Origin: Octopus vulgaris
Taxonomy: Eukaryota
Direction of reading: 5' to 3'
Assembly (NCBI GenBank): GCA_951406725.2
Contig: OX597815.1
Location: forward strand, 122,574,001 to 122,638,000
DNA: 64,000 nucleotides
Shown: piece after piece, positions 1 through 13,535 of the stretch
Layout: each line of letters starts with the position of its first letter
Position numbering within the stretch: the first letter of the stretch is position 1
Translations under genes and position numbers: made by a program
Notes under the pieces: generated by a model
The model's database searches: none
The model's input: only the letters and a program-made list of their open reading frames with translations
Told to the model about the DNA's origin: nothing

Positions 1-19
1 TATACACACACATATACAC

Positions 20-88
<69 letters not shown>

Positions 89-412
89 TAAGTGAACTTA
101 TGCACAGAAACATGGATACACAAACAAAATGTAAGAGTTGGAAATTATATTAAAATCTACTTTACATAGTTCAAACTTTATCTCACTTGGAACTCAAAAA
201 CATAGGAAGAATGGATAGATATGTTTGTTATATCAAAAGTTGAGCCAACTTTAAAACTTTGCACCAGGGCAGGCTGCACATGAAACTGTCAACTTTAATA
301 TAATAAATATATCTATTAGTCTGTTTATCAGTCTATCTATGTGTATATATACATATTATATTTTTATATATCTATCTATATATATATATAGATTCATACA
401 TACACAGGTGTG

Positions 413-445
<33 letters not shown>

Positions 446-526
446 GTATATATACATATATATATATATGTGTATATATATATATGTATATATACATATG
501 TATATATACATATATGTATATATACA

Positions 527-594
<68 letters not shown>

Positions 595-630
595 TATATA
601 TATGTGTGTATATATATATATATATTTATA
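1..630. repeat. (TA)n/(TATG)n microsatellite tracts (1-85, approx. 330-630)
   Basis: Direct inspection; source of the spurious YI-rich ORFs. Confidence 0.9.
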
Positions 631-658
631 TTCACATTTGTTTTATGTTACAGTAAAA

Positions 659-742
659 GTGTTAACAGCAAACAACATGAGGACAAATATCCATCAAACG
701 TAAATAATGTACATAATTCCTCATCTCTTAAATATAGAACTG
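659..742 (+). mobile_element. 3' fragment of the same tRNA/hammerhead element family
   Basis: gtgttaac...aaatatagaactg matches the tails of the 4587 and 59200 elements; GTAAAAGT duplicated at 653-660 and 742-749. Confidence 0.72.
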
Positions 743-1032
743 TAAAAGTAATTTTACAATAAACTAACGCATTACTAATATGTTTGGTAGAGTACCAATT
801 TATTGTTCTATAACAAGAATATTACTGACTGTGACTTTGAAAATTTGGCCAACTAAGCCATCATCAGCCAGTCTGATGATAGATTGCCTGGATGGACAAA
901 ACTTCAAAGTTGCTGTCAATACTATTCTTTTTAAAGATATATATATATATTTTGAAGAGGTCACAGGTCAGCAGGTTTTGGGGCCTTATGTGTGAGAAAC
1001 CCAGGGTAAACCCATAAACCGGCCTACTGCAC

Positions 1033-1035
<3 letters not shown>

Positions 1036-1076
<41 letters not shown>

Positions 1077-1194
1077 GTGTGTGTGTGTGTGTGTGTGTAT
1101 ACATATATATCTATATATGTATGTTTATATATATATGTATATATATATATGTGTATATATATATATATGCATATATATGTGTACATATATATGT

Positions 1195-1252
<58 letters not shown>
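1036..1252. repeat. (TA)n/(TG)n microsatellite
   Basis: Direct inspection. Confidence 0.9.
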
Positions 1253-1258
<6 letters not shown>

Positions 1259-1289
1259 AATGTATGAAATTAGGTATGTTAATTCATTA

Positions 1290-2150
1290 TAAATCATGAT
1301 ATTAGAGAATGTAAAACCTAGAATTTTTAATGATTTAGTTGATTTAGCTGTATTGTTTATATATATAAAGATTGTGTGTTACAAATTTTAATCTTTGATG
1401 TGTATAGTGACACAGGTTGTTAAAAGAATCCTATTTTTGAAATCATTGTTGATGGAAGCAATGAATGTTTTGGATGAGCTTTCTAGATTAATTATGGATG
1501 AAATGTTTAGGAAAAGTGAAATGTAGTATCACCAGCATAAAACTGTGATTTGTTATAAATAACAACAAGTCATTAATGCACAGAAGGAAGAGTGTGGGAA
1601 GGAATCATAACCAAACCTTAGAGAACACCATTGTTAAAATTAATAGAATATGATCTGGACAGAGCTGTGTTAGCTTGAAATTTATGTGCATAGAGGATAA
1701 CAATAGAAGGAAGTGAATTGGGACAGATGACAATAATAAAAGAAATCAGAGAGCAATAGATATAAAAGAGTGATTTAGAGCAACAAGGAACAGAAACTTT
1801 GAGCAAGAGTGATCAGAAGTCTTTGTTCTTAATAATCAACTAGTGAAGATTTGTGATGTGAAAGTGGATTTTATGTAAGAATGGGCATAACCTTTCAGAG
1901 GAAAATTTAAATATAAGGTGTAGCCTGGACAGCAAAGAGATGGATTAAAAACATATATTTGTTTCCAGAAAATGAATTTGATTCGCATGTTTATAGATTG
2001 TAGTGGGCTGGGTAAAAGATAGGTGGAAGTTTGCCAGCTTAGGTGGTGAAGAGTAGATAAACAATAGATAAATTCTTTGTAACTATAATAGACTTCATCA
2101 TTGTTTTTGTTTTGTATTGAATGTTTTGGTGAAGAAATAAAGTAAAACAT
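1290..2150 (-). mobile_element. degenerate LINE endonuclease-region fragment
   Basis: Purine-rich plus strand; remnant motifs LFYIYCS and SIVILYAH; broken frames. Confidence 0.4.
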
Positions 2151-2282
2151 AGACTATTAGTTACTAATCACTGCAGTCATCCTCTTTACACACATGCACA
2201 CACACACACAGTGGTGGTATAAAACACTTTCACAAGTTCCTAGCCTAGGAGTATGTACCTCGCAAAAAGACTCCTTGAATCA

Positions 2283-2665
2283 TTAGAAATATAGTACATA
2301 TATACTATGTAGTACATATATAAACCTATATAGTACATATGTTATATAGTACATATATATTGTATAGTACATATATACTATACAATACATATATACTATA
2401 CAATACATATATACTATATAGTACATATATAAACCTATATAGTACATATATATTATATAGTACATATATATTGTATAGTACATATATACTATACAATACA
2501 TATATACTATTTAGTACATATATAAACCTATATAGTATATATATATATACTACATAGTACATATATAAACCTATAGAGTACATATATACTATAAAATACG
2601 TATATACTATATAGTACATATATAAACCTATATAGTACATATATACTATATAGTACATATATAAA
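2283..2665. repeat. minisatellite, 21-27 bp unit (tatagtacatatatac...)
   Basis: Visible tandem array with variant units. Confidence 0.9.
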
Positions 2666-4586
2666 CAGAGCTGTTTCTCTGGCAATTGAAAAAATTATGA
2701 ACAACCTTAATCAATCTTTGAAATCTGATTGGAGTCAAATCAGAGGCTTCTACATCAATTTGACAAATATATATATCATCATCATCGTCGATATATATGT
2801 ACATACATTTTATGTATACAAACAGATGTACAACTGCCACAGCTATTTTTTAGAGTACCATATAGATTACTATATTCTAATCTGCTTCCAATATAGTGTT
2901 TAAGTAACTGCTACATTTAGTAGCATTATTAATTATGGAATACAGAACAAAAATAGAATAAATTAAGACAGACGCTCATAAACACAAATTTACATTATTA
3001 GTTTCATTGCATATTTCACCATCATGGCAAACCATGAGAATTAGAATTGAAATCAAAAGCATAAGCTGCCATTTTTGCACATGTCATTCACAAAGTTTTT
3101 TAAACAAAAGAACATAAGGATAAGCATTTTCTTTAAACTTTCATTTCATATTTCAAACAATATTCAGAGTGGCTATTTTAAAATAAAAGCAGGCTTGGTT
3201 TACCAGCTGATGATTGGAAACAAGCTACTCTGGGTACTTTCAATTAAAAGGTATTAAAGAATACTCTGCATAAGTATTGAGTCCTGTTATTTATCACTTC
3301 TGGTAAATCAACAGACTTATAAGTTTTGTGTGTGTTTAAGAGCATGTGTATATGTGTATATATATATAGGATCTTCTGCATGAGGAATGAGATGGTGTAC
3401 TGAACAACCAGCTGAGAAGTTAGTGGTTTGTATTCTTTCACCAGTACTATTTGTCCATGATTAAAACATAATGAAAGGGGTGATTATGATGGATAGTAAT
3501 GAAATCAATGATAAATGAGGATAAATATAAATGAGAATGATACTTTAAAACAATTACACAATATCAGCAAACTCTAGCTGTCGTGATCTGCTGCAATTTT
3601 GTAATTCTTAAATGAAATTGATTTAGCACTGAAATATTGTGAGTTGAGTCATATGAATTAAATGAACTGTGAGTAATTTTAGTAAAATACTAGCAAGGTA
3701 AAGATTTAGTATATTTTGTTTTATGTTTTGAAATCGTAGAGGAAAATGAGGAAGAAATGTGTTAATTTGTTTATTACATTGATAAAAACTGTGTTTGATT
3801 TACTTACATTCTGTAAATCATACCATATGCAGTTTACCTACCTTATGTTGTTTTTTAGCTATATTTCAGCAATTTCATCCATAGAGTTTTTCTCCAGTTA
3901 CAAAAACAATTCTTAAAACCACCACATTGTACAGTACTTTACACTATGCTTATAAACAGCATTTGATTGTAATAGTTTTCAAATAAAATGTACAATTATT
4001 TAGATAGGGAATTTAGTCAATATTTATAACCTTAGTTTATCAAAAAATGAAAGAATATTTGGCTGATATACTTAATAAATAACTAATGTTCTTTTAACTT
4101 ATCTTATAATCATGATATAAATTTTTTTAGTCATTGATTATTTTTGCTATTTTATCCAGTAACTAGTTTAACTCCATGCTTTATGCATGTTTTAAGAGAA
4201 AATGTAAATTAGATGTATATATATTTAAAGTATACAGATGCTTAGAAGTATACTTACATAATGATGAAACATTTACATTTCATAAAGAGTGAAGTATTTT
4301 CAATACAAGAATGATAGGAACATATTGATTTCAACAGAATGTTTAAAAAAGATGAATATTTAAGCTTAATCAATTAAAATTCTGGATCAGTAAAGATAAA
4401 ATTATTTTCTTCCAAAGGAAAGCTACTTATTCTTTTAAATGATACTTAAACTTCCAAACAGCTCAAGAAGTAGCACATAAATAAATAATGTATATGAGAA
4501 ATGTTATCCACACATTTAGAGATGAATATTTTTCTATATATCCAAAAACAATTACAAATAATACTTACAAACAGAAGAATATTTCA

Positions 4587-4964
4587 GTTCTATATTTACG
4601 AGATGAGGAATTATGTACATTATTTACATTCAACGGATATCTTGTTTGTTGTTAACACAACGTTTTAGCTGATATACCCTCCAGCCTCCTTCAGGTGTCT
4701 TGGGGAAATTTCGAACCTGGGTTCTCATTCCTAAGGTATTTTTCAATGTTATTATTATTAGTATTATAATTATTATTATTGTTCAGGTCACTGCTTGGAA
4801 TCGAACTCGGAATCTTGGGGTTACTAGCCCACGCTCTTAACCACTACACCATATGCCCGTGGGCATATAGCATAATGGTTAAGAAGGCTGGAGGATATAT
4901 CATCCAAAACGTTGTATTAACAATAAACAAGATGAGGCCAATATCTGTCGAATGTAAATAATGT
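4587..4964. mobile_element. tRNA-headed, hammerhead-bearing inverted element (copy 1)
   Basis: 14-bp TSD AGAAGAATATTTCA at 4573-4586 and 4965-4978; tRNA-like head with A box TGGTGTAGTGG and B box GTTCGATTCC on the minus strand; degenerate hammerhead at 4654-4699 (-). Confidence 0.78.
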
Positions 4965-6439
4965 AGAAGAATATTTCATTGCATGTTTGGAAAAAGTGCA
5001 ATACTTTACAAGTATTATCATATCCAGGTAAAGTAAATATGAAAGATTCTACAGAATGGCTGTTGCAGAAAGGAGAGCAATAGTGATAGAAAAATATTTC
5101 ATATGAAAAATTTTACATCATCATCATCATTGTTTTGATGTCCATTTTTCCATTCTTGCATGGGTCAGATGGTATTTGCTGTGGAAGATTTTCTACAGCC
5201 AGATGCCCTTCCTGCTGTTAACCTTTAACCTTTTCTCAAGCAAGGTAATATTTCTCTAAGGTCAAACATATCTTCATGGAAGATTGCAAATGAAGGACAT
5301 TACTTGTGTCACAGTGACACAACTATCATACAATGTCAATAAAAGGAGACATTGCTAAAACTCCACATAATATTCTTGTAGTGTAGATAACATATGCAGT
5401 TAAGGGTCCATACTATGCTTGTTTGTGTTAAAACTAAGGCAGCTCAAAAGATTTTATCTTTCATTTTAATATGAAATAAATTTCTGTAAATTTAATGCAT
5501 CTAAATATCAAAAAGAAATAGCCTCAGATTATATTCTTTCTTTTTTATATTTCATAATTCTTTTGTATCATAAATCAAAGTGTAGAGATTATTTTAATTG
5601 AATCATTAAAATTGATAGATTGTTCAATCAGAAATAAATTAAATGTGGTGATTTTAAAGAACTGTAATCAATATATATATATATATATATATGTATACAT
5701 ATATATATATATATATAACTAAGCATTCACATCTAAAAACATGTCATTTTCCATTCCGCATTTTTTTTTTTTGTATTTTTCATGTTGAGAAAGAAAATAT
5801 CATTCATTCAATTGAAACCTAAAACAGTTGTGTAAAGAATAACCATTTTTAAAAAGTAAAAATAGCATAGCTGTCTATAACCTAAATAATATCAAATAAA
5901 CAGGTCATCACATATATTTCTTTTATTGGAGCAAAATAAAGTAATCTTCCACACTCTCACAGAAAACATGACAGAAACTAGTAAAAATACTCCCCACCCC
6001 TGGGTAGTGTTCCATCAGCTAATATATTAAGTCATTCAGAAGTTGTTTTGCATCTTCTTGCAAGGGACTTTCCACAATTTAAAAAACTGATTGATGCTAT
6101 ATATATCATCCTCCTCCTCATCATCATTATCATCATCTTCATTATTATTGTTTAACATATGTACATATATGTATGTATGTAGGTATGTATGTATATAATC
6201 TTGTCTGCTGGCATGTATGAGATTACATTTTCTTTTTCCAGTTAAAGACGGTATTATAATCTAAAGAAAACTTGGCTATTATACCTAACAGGCTGTGCAC
6301 CCACATATAAGTTTTTCTCGTTGGCTTGAAGCAAGCTTTGTTGTTGCTGCGTATATCCTGATCAGTCATATTCAAGCAAAACCGTGAGAAAGATGAAAGA
6401 CGTTCATGTTTTGAAATTCCCAGCATTTGTGTGTGTGTG

Positions 6440-6488
<49 letters not shown>

Positions 6489-6830
6489 GTAATATAACCT
6501 ATAAGACTGTATGATTGATCTGTGAGGCTTCTGGCTGCTCTCTTCAGCAGATTAAGTTACCATGTATAGCTACTTGTTCAACAAACTTGCAACTAATGAT
6601 GCTATTCTCACCCTCTTCTTCTTCCATCTTCCTGGTTCTTCTTCTTCTACCCTACTCTTCTACTTTTTCTTCTTCTATTTGTCATACACTGTTCATTTCA
6701 TATCCTCAAAACAAGTGGATGAATTTACACGTTAGTTATTTATCTCTTTTGCTCTAAAGATGATGAGTTTTGTCTAACTTAGAAACAATGGTAGAAAGGA
6801 AGACAATTCAAGTCATTCACAGACACAATA

Positions 6831-6863
<33 letters not shown>

Positions 6864-7401
6864 ATCTGAGAAATAATAATCTTGTTCTAATAAGAGATAT
6901 AAATGTGTGTGTGTGTGTGTGTGTTCACCTTCTATAAAAACAAGGCAAGTTTAACAAACACCTGGTGACAAATGAAACAATTTTGATTGAGAAGGGGAAA
7001 TAATTAAAAAATCTCCAGAAATGATATGACATTCAAGAAAAAATAGTATTTATTCTAGAGACAAGTGAACAAATATGGTCGTATGTTGCTGCTTTTGATA
7101 ACATGTGTCCACAGTCATCCGCTTGTCTGAAGAAAAGTAATCAAACACTCCTTTCCTTTATGGCATGTCAAGTGCACTGGATTCTTGATATTATCTCCCC
7201 TTATCATTCATATTTGGTAGCATATGCCATGAGGTACATGATTAGCTTCCCTTAAGAAGAAGAAAATTTTAATGAATGAAGAATTCATCTCGTATGATAT
7301 TTCCAGTGAAAATTCATGACACTGTCCCTGCATGTGTATACGTATGTGTTCGCATACATGTAAGTGTGTATGCATACATGTGAGTGTGTATGTGTGTATA
7401 T

Positions 7402-7444
<43 letters not shown>

Positions 7445-10400
7445 ATAGTGGGGTAGGCTGGTTTTTACACAAACACACACAATACAAACATGTTTTCTTC
7501 TTGAATACAAGTTGTAAAACTTGCAATGCAGTATGACGTGGTAGCATAATTTTTTGAACTATCTGTACATACATATTTATAAATACATACACATACACAC
7601 ATACACACACATATTCACATACATAATTCACATTTATGCATGTATACACATACATAAATACATACTTATAGATATATAAACAGATACACATATATATATA
7701 CACACGCATACAATCACACACATAATGGAATGACCTGTTATGTAAAAGAATTTGATATATTCAAACATTCCTTTAAGTAAGTTTAAAATATCTGGAGAAT
7801 CTATAGATGACAACAATTATTCATTACAAAACTGTTTTGGTTTTCCATTTCATTCTTTAAAGAAGTGCAGCTTCTCTAACTACAATTCTTGTCATTCTTT
7901 TTTTTTTCCTTTTTTTTTTCTTTTCAAATCAGACCATTTCACATTTTATGAAGGCAATATTGAGAAAGAAAAAAATAATTAAAATGGCATAGCAATATCT
8001 ACAACATTAATGTTAATAAATGGCAGTCAACTATATTTGAGATGAGTTAATGTAAATTCTATATTATAGACTTATGTTTAAAATAGGAAGTATTAATATT
8101 GATCGTTTTTTTTTGCAGTGTTTTGTTTCCTTTCATCTTTTGTTGGTTTTAAAACTAAAATCTTCAATTGTTTTCATATAACAAGCCCATATAACAATAC
8201 TGGAATGTCAAGATATTGTAGATAAATTACTGAAATTTCAATATATTGTAGATAAAATAAACAATTTAGTATCACTAAAATTAGCAGAGTAGGGGAGATG
8301 TTACAAAATGTTGTGCCATGAACTGAAGTTTTATAAGGTTTAACTCCTTCTCAGTCCTGATTGAGCAGACTTATAATGAAGGACATTCCACTCATTCCAC
8401 ACAGTATATATAGAATATATTATTTAATGCCTTCTTTTTCTAAGACAGTCAAGTATGACTGAAACAAGATTTGGTCCCTATTTCATTGGATTGTGAAAAG
8501 GTTTATGTGATGGATCTTAACAAAGAGGGCTAATGGATCAAAGAGGGTTTTCTTTTCTGCACAGAATAAAAATTTGTTCAAGATTATAAAATTTATCAAC
8601 CCATCCACTGCAAAAATTCGAGTTTCCTTTATACGATGGAAAAATCTTTAATGCAAGATATTATTCTGGATAAGCATTTTGATTGAGATACTTTAAATTA
8701 TGAGATCTCAAAGTTGGAACAATTACTTGAGCTTGCAACCACTAACTAATTTTGCTTTGTTGAAATGTTACAAAGTAGTCAGGTCTCATTTGGAGGATAA
8801 AAAGGATCTCATTAATAGACAAATGGGATATTTGCAGATATCAGTAGTGGGAAGGAATGCAACAGATAGAATAAGGAAAGTGCTGTGGATGTGATTTGCA
8901 AAGTTATGCAAGGAGTTCTGATCACCAGGAAAAACTAACAATAATGGAAATGATAGTCTGGTGCAATGAGGAGAGGAAACAAAGCACTCTCATAATATCA
9001 GAAGCAATGAGAATGCTTCACATCCAATCCAGCTACTGAAATTTAGATAATACTCATATGAGGAAGGTCTTGGCCAACACATTCAGTCAAAAGGTCTAGA
9101 AATACCGAATGCTACAATATTGAAAGCAATGGTTTAATAAATCCAATGCTGCTGGTAGATTTTCTAATGGCTGCTATGGGAAGAAAGTGACAAACTATAA
9201 TTACTCCCATAATTAAAAATATTTTCCAAATTTATAGTTTTATTAATATCTCATAACTTTGCAAATGTTGGAGACGAAGACTATAGTGTGGTCAGACCAT
9301 CTGTACTGTACACTGAGATGTCATGTAAATTACCCATAAAGCAGGTAATCAAATGTTATACCAACTCAGCAACTCCAAAAGGAATAATCTTTGGATAAAC
9401 TCTGGCATATAAATAGGGATTAAAGATCTGGCATTTACAAAGAGATTGAAGATTTGTTCCCAAGAGGGATAGGACTAATGTGGCAGAGGAAAAATGCATT
9501 GAAAATTATTTCTTTTAACTTTACTTGTTTCACAAGACTTCAGTCATGCTGGAGTACTTCCTTGAAGGGTTTAGTTGAACAAATTGACCTTAATACTTAT
9601 TTTATTTAAGTCTGATACTTATTTCATTAGCCTCTTTTGTCGATTGATTCTTTAACAATAAAGTTGAAGGCAAAATAAGCAGAAAGAGAAAAGGAAGATT
9701 GGATAAACTAGTTTGTTTTTGAAAAGAAAATGGGGGAAAATAAAAACAATTTTTAGTCTCAGGAGTATCCTGAGATATACTATAACTAATCTTCAAATAT
9801 TTAAATGTTATTTCCATTTTTAAGGATAAAAATGATATTTAAAATATACAGAGAAAGAAATTAGGATATGTGAAGATACAATGAGACTAATAATCATAAT
9901 AATTTCTTTAAGTAATTAAATAGAAGATTGCCATAAGTCTACATATCTACAAAGGCAAGCAGGCGATTTTCTCAGGTGAATTGTCAAGCAAGTGCAATGC
10001 AATGCAAACAGCCAGCAATTGTGCAAACATAAAGCACTACTATGATAGATATACATTGCTAATATAAAATCTACAGAAGTGAATGTCATATTAAATTAGT
10101 GTGTGCCATGTTAATTTGCAAAACTATTATTAATTAACATGATGTAAGATATTAAATACATAAATACTAATCGAATGATAATGATTATTAGTTTATGGTA
10201 ATGCTAAACTAAAAAGAAATCTATACATATACATGCATAGAGTGTTGATAGTAGGTGAAAGAACACAATATGACTTTAGAAGTACACTGACATTGACAAA
10301 TATACAAAAACAACAGCTGATACAGAACAACTCATCTCATAAGAAATAGGAAAGTGTAAGAAAAAGGTAATGAAATAGCCGTAAAATATGTTAAATATAT

Positions 10401-13248
10401 AGAGAAGTAAAAAACATTTTTACCTGAACGGTTTTAGAAGTAGGGTTATAAATACATCAAATAGACTTCTTTCTACTTGAAAGGAAGCACTGAAATAGTT
10501 TTCTTTTGTTATAAATCTATGAATAATTTTATGTTTTCCTTCATTTATGAAATAACTATAGTAAGCTCATGTCACATTTGTCACATTTCTTGATAAACTA
10601 TCAATAGAAATCAAGTCTATTTAAGCAAACTTGTTTTCTTTTAAAAAGATATTGATATTATCCTGAATAGTTAACAGAGACAAATTCACAATATGAAGAA
10701 TACAAAAGGCAAAGTGACAATCACTGAAAGCTGGGCTGAAGAAAGAAATATTACATTGTTTTCAGCCACAAATAAAAATAAATGTGATTATAACTTTATA
10801 TAGTAGATACTTATAATAAACACAAAGCATAGTCAACAGTAGGAATTATCAAAACAATAGAAGCAGGGACAGGACTAAATTCTAGTGTTTACAAAAATGC
10901 ATGCACTAATCACATGCAATTATATATGTAATCAATATGATTAAGAGGACTATGGGGAGATGAAAACACACAATAGACATTTTTAAGTGCTCATGCATGC
11001 AAAGTAAATTAAAAAGCAGGTGAACTAAAGAATGACAGTGTAATCCAATAATGACATGCCAGGTCATATTTGAAACTATGAAAAATATTGATAAAAAATT
11101 AACTTGTTTATTCAAATTAACCCTATATTTGAAAGGCAGCTAAAAATTAAAGAGGCAATCCTTCCTTTATTAAAGTTTCTTATATATATATATATTTTGC
11201 ACAAGAGAATAATCGTTATTATGATAATTTTCTATAAGCTATTAGAGTTATTGAATCGATTATTAGAGTGCTATGGTTATATTATGGTTATAATACTGTT
11301 GAATTGAACATAACACTAACAATCAGAAAAATTAATTTGTTTTTGAATATCTTTTGTTTTTTCCTGTTCATTGCTTAATAGAGAACAGAATAATAAAGTA
11401 ATGTCTGAAATATATATGATAAACTCAACAAATTAACATAATTACTTCAGAAAAACTAATAAGTGCAAAAAAGTTTAAGGAAACTAATATTGCAGTTTGA
11501 TTTTAATAAGCAACATTCAAGAAAAAAAATATTAACAAAAAAAGCTTTTAAACTAGCATATTCTACTGCTTCAAGAAAACCATGCCCTTTGCCTTCCAAT
11601 CATTGGTTACTGCACCACTCAATTACTTCAATACAGAAAAAAAGCAGAAGTTATAAATCCAATTCATTTATTCCAATTTTCGCTAACGAACTGTACAATT
11701 GCTACTGCATGTTTCTGATTATATTTACAAAATCTGACTTACATACAGAGCACCAATTAAGACAGAATGAAACTAAGAATCAAAAATTTCATTATGTTAT
11801 GCTTTACTGTCATTGTAATCAGATCACCTGCTTTTAATTACCTCAGTTATAACCCCAGTAGTTTAATTAAAAAAACATTTCATTTGACTGATGTAAGCAA
11901 AAATAAAAAAAACAATTATTACAATTAGCATTTGCTACATTTAAAAACAGTAACATTAAATATTTACTGTTTCTTGAAAGAAATAATTTAAAAATAAAAT
12001 ATAAACAGAAATTTTGATTAAAAAAATATTAAATTTAAGCATAATCTAAAATACTACAAAGTTGTAATATATAATATTAAACTTTACATCAGCATTTGAA
12101 TAATAAGTCCAACAATAAGGTAAAAGTACCACTATGGTTATATGCACAATTACCAGGCCAGCCTGTAACCTCTGATAAATATAGGCAAAGAATAAGTAAT
12201 GCAAATAAAAATGAGAAGCTTCCTTTTTTTTCCCCAAACAAAAAATATAGACAAGGAAAATAAGATTTAGCATAAGTGTAAGAATGTTTTCTTGAGAAAA
12301 GAAATATTAAATATAAAGGCAATCCCACTGATAATGTATGTGTTAAACTTCTGACTACTTCCGAAAATCCTTGTAACTTAGTAATAGGAATCATCAATTA
12401 ACCAAATCTTTTGGAGATAGATTTAATGTCAGGGTTAATAAACTATCATTGTTTTCAACTGAAGCAAAGTAGCCATCAGTGTCCGAAAGATAGAGGGTCT
12501 AATGCATTTGTTGTTGTAAACAATGTAAATGTAATTTATGTAAAAGCTGAATTTTAACTTTGGGCAGTGACTGAAATATATATCTAATAAGATAATTTAA
12601 ACATAAAATATATTTTAAGCAAAACATCACACTAATATATGCCCTGATATTATACACAACATATTATATATATATATATATATGTTGTATATATGTGACT
12701 ATGCATATATGTTTGTGTGTGTATATATATACACACACACATACGGTATGCTTGTTTGTGATATGTATGAGATAACTTGTAATTATGTATATATATATAT
12801 ATATATGATATATATAGATATATATAGACATATTTACACATGTGTATATATATATGCCTATATGTATTACACATACATATATATACTATATATTGTATAT
12901 AAATATTATATATAATATATATATAGTTTATATATATACATACACACATACACACAAACACACATGCACACACACACACACATGCACACACACACACATC
13001 ACCCTTCCACAATATCCTCATTTGTTTACAATTTGTTTTCTACCTAATAATTATATTTACTGACTGGGGTGATAACTGCTCACAATCTAATTTGAAAATA
13101 AAAAAAATAAAAAATTGCAAATAAAAATAAAAGATATTGTTAGCCCAATTATATTTTAACATTATTCCATGCATATCATTTTGGGAGTTTAGGCGGCAAT
13201 CAGCACAGCATGTAACCAGTAGACTTTGAGAGTTTCTTTGCTCTTTCA

Positions 13249-13535
13249 TTATGACTGCCATAGACAACAGAAAAAACAGCACCAAAAACAGCAACCAAAA
13301 CTTAAGAGCCACGCCATGAATCGTATGAACATCATAACCATAATCATGGCCAAGAGGAAGGTCTGCATGCTGGCATCCCCAACATTTGTGGGTTCCCCAC
13401 CTTCTGTTGGAGCTGCTTCAGTTGTTTCTTTCTTGGTTGTTGACTCAGTAACTGTTTCTACTGTCTGTTCCGTGATAATTGTAGTTGTTTCAGTTCTTTC
13501 AAGCAATGGCTTCACTTCTGCTACAGGGAGTGGTT
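13249..13535 (-). CDS. terminal exon: T/E-rich stalk + transmembrane helix + Cys-rich tail, stop codon
   Basis: Long polypyrimidine tract then tacag|[19 protein letters not shown]...[43 protein letters not shown]; phase 1 matches upstream exons. Confidence 0.75.

Noticed and set aside
339-1297. YI/IY-rich ORFs (also at 2283-2685, 7208-7816, 12650-13063, 18735-19007, 28850-29139)
   Set aside because: Translations of (TA)n, (TG)n, (TACA)n and minisatellite tracts.
2283-2665. CRISPR-like regular repeats
   Set aside because: No unique spacers; eukaryotic minisatellite.
4780-4860. Possible tRNA gene
   Set aside because: No proper acceptor stem; embedded in a repeated TSD-flanked element, so a SINE-type head.
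6515-6555. Other CUGA(A/U)GA motifs (here, and near 3205, 21110, 51360, 59880)
   Set aside because: Stem II, GAAA or stem III too degenerate to call hammerheads by eye.
10424-10489. Possible 66-bp downstream exon
   Set aside because: Stop codon in the phase required by upstream exons; no titin-like content.
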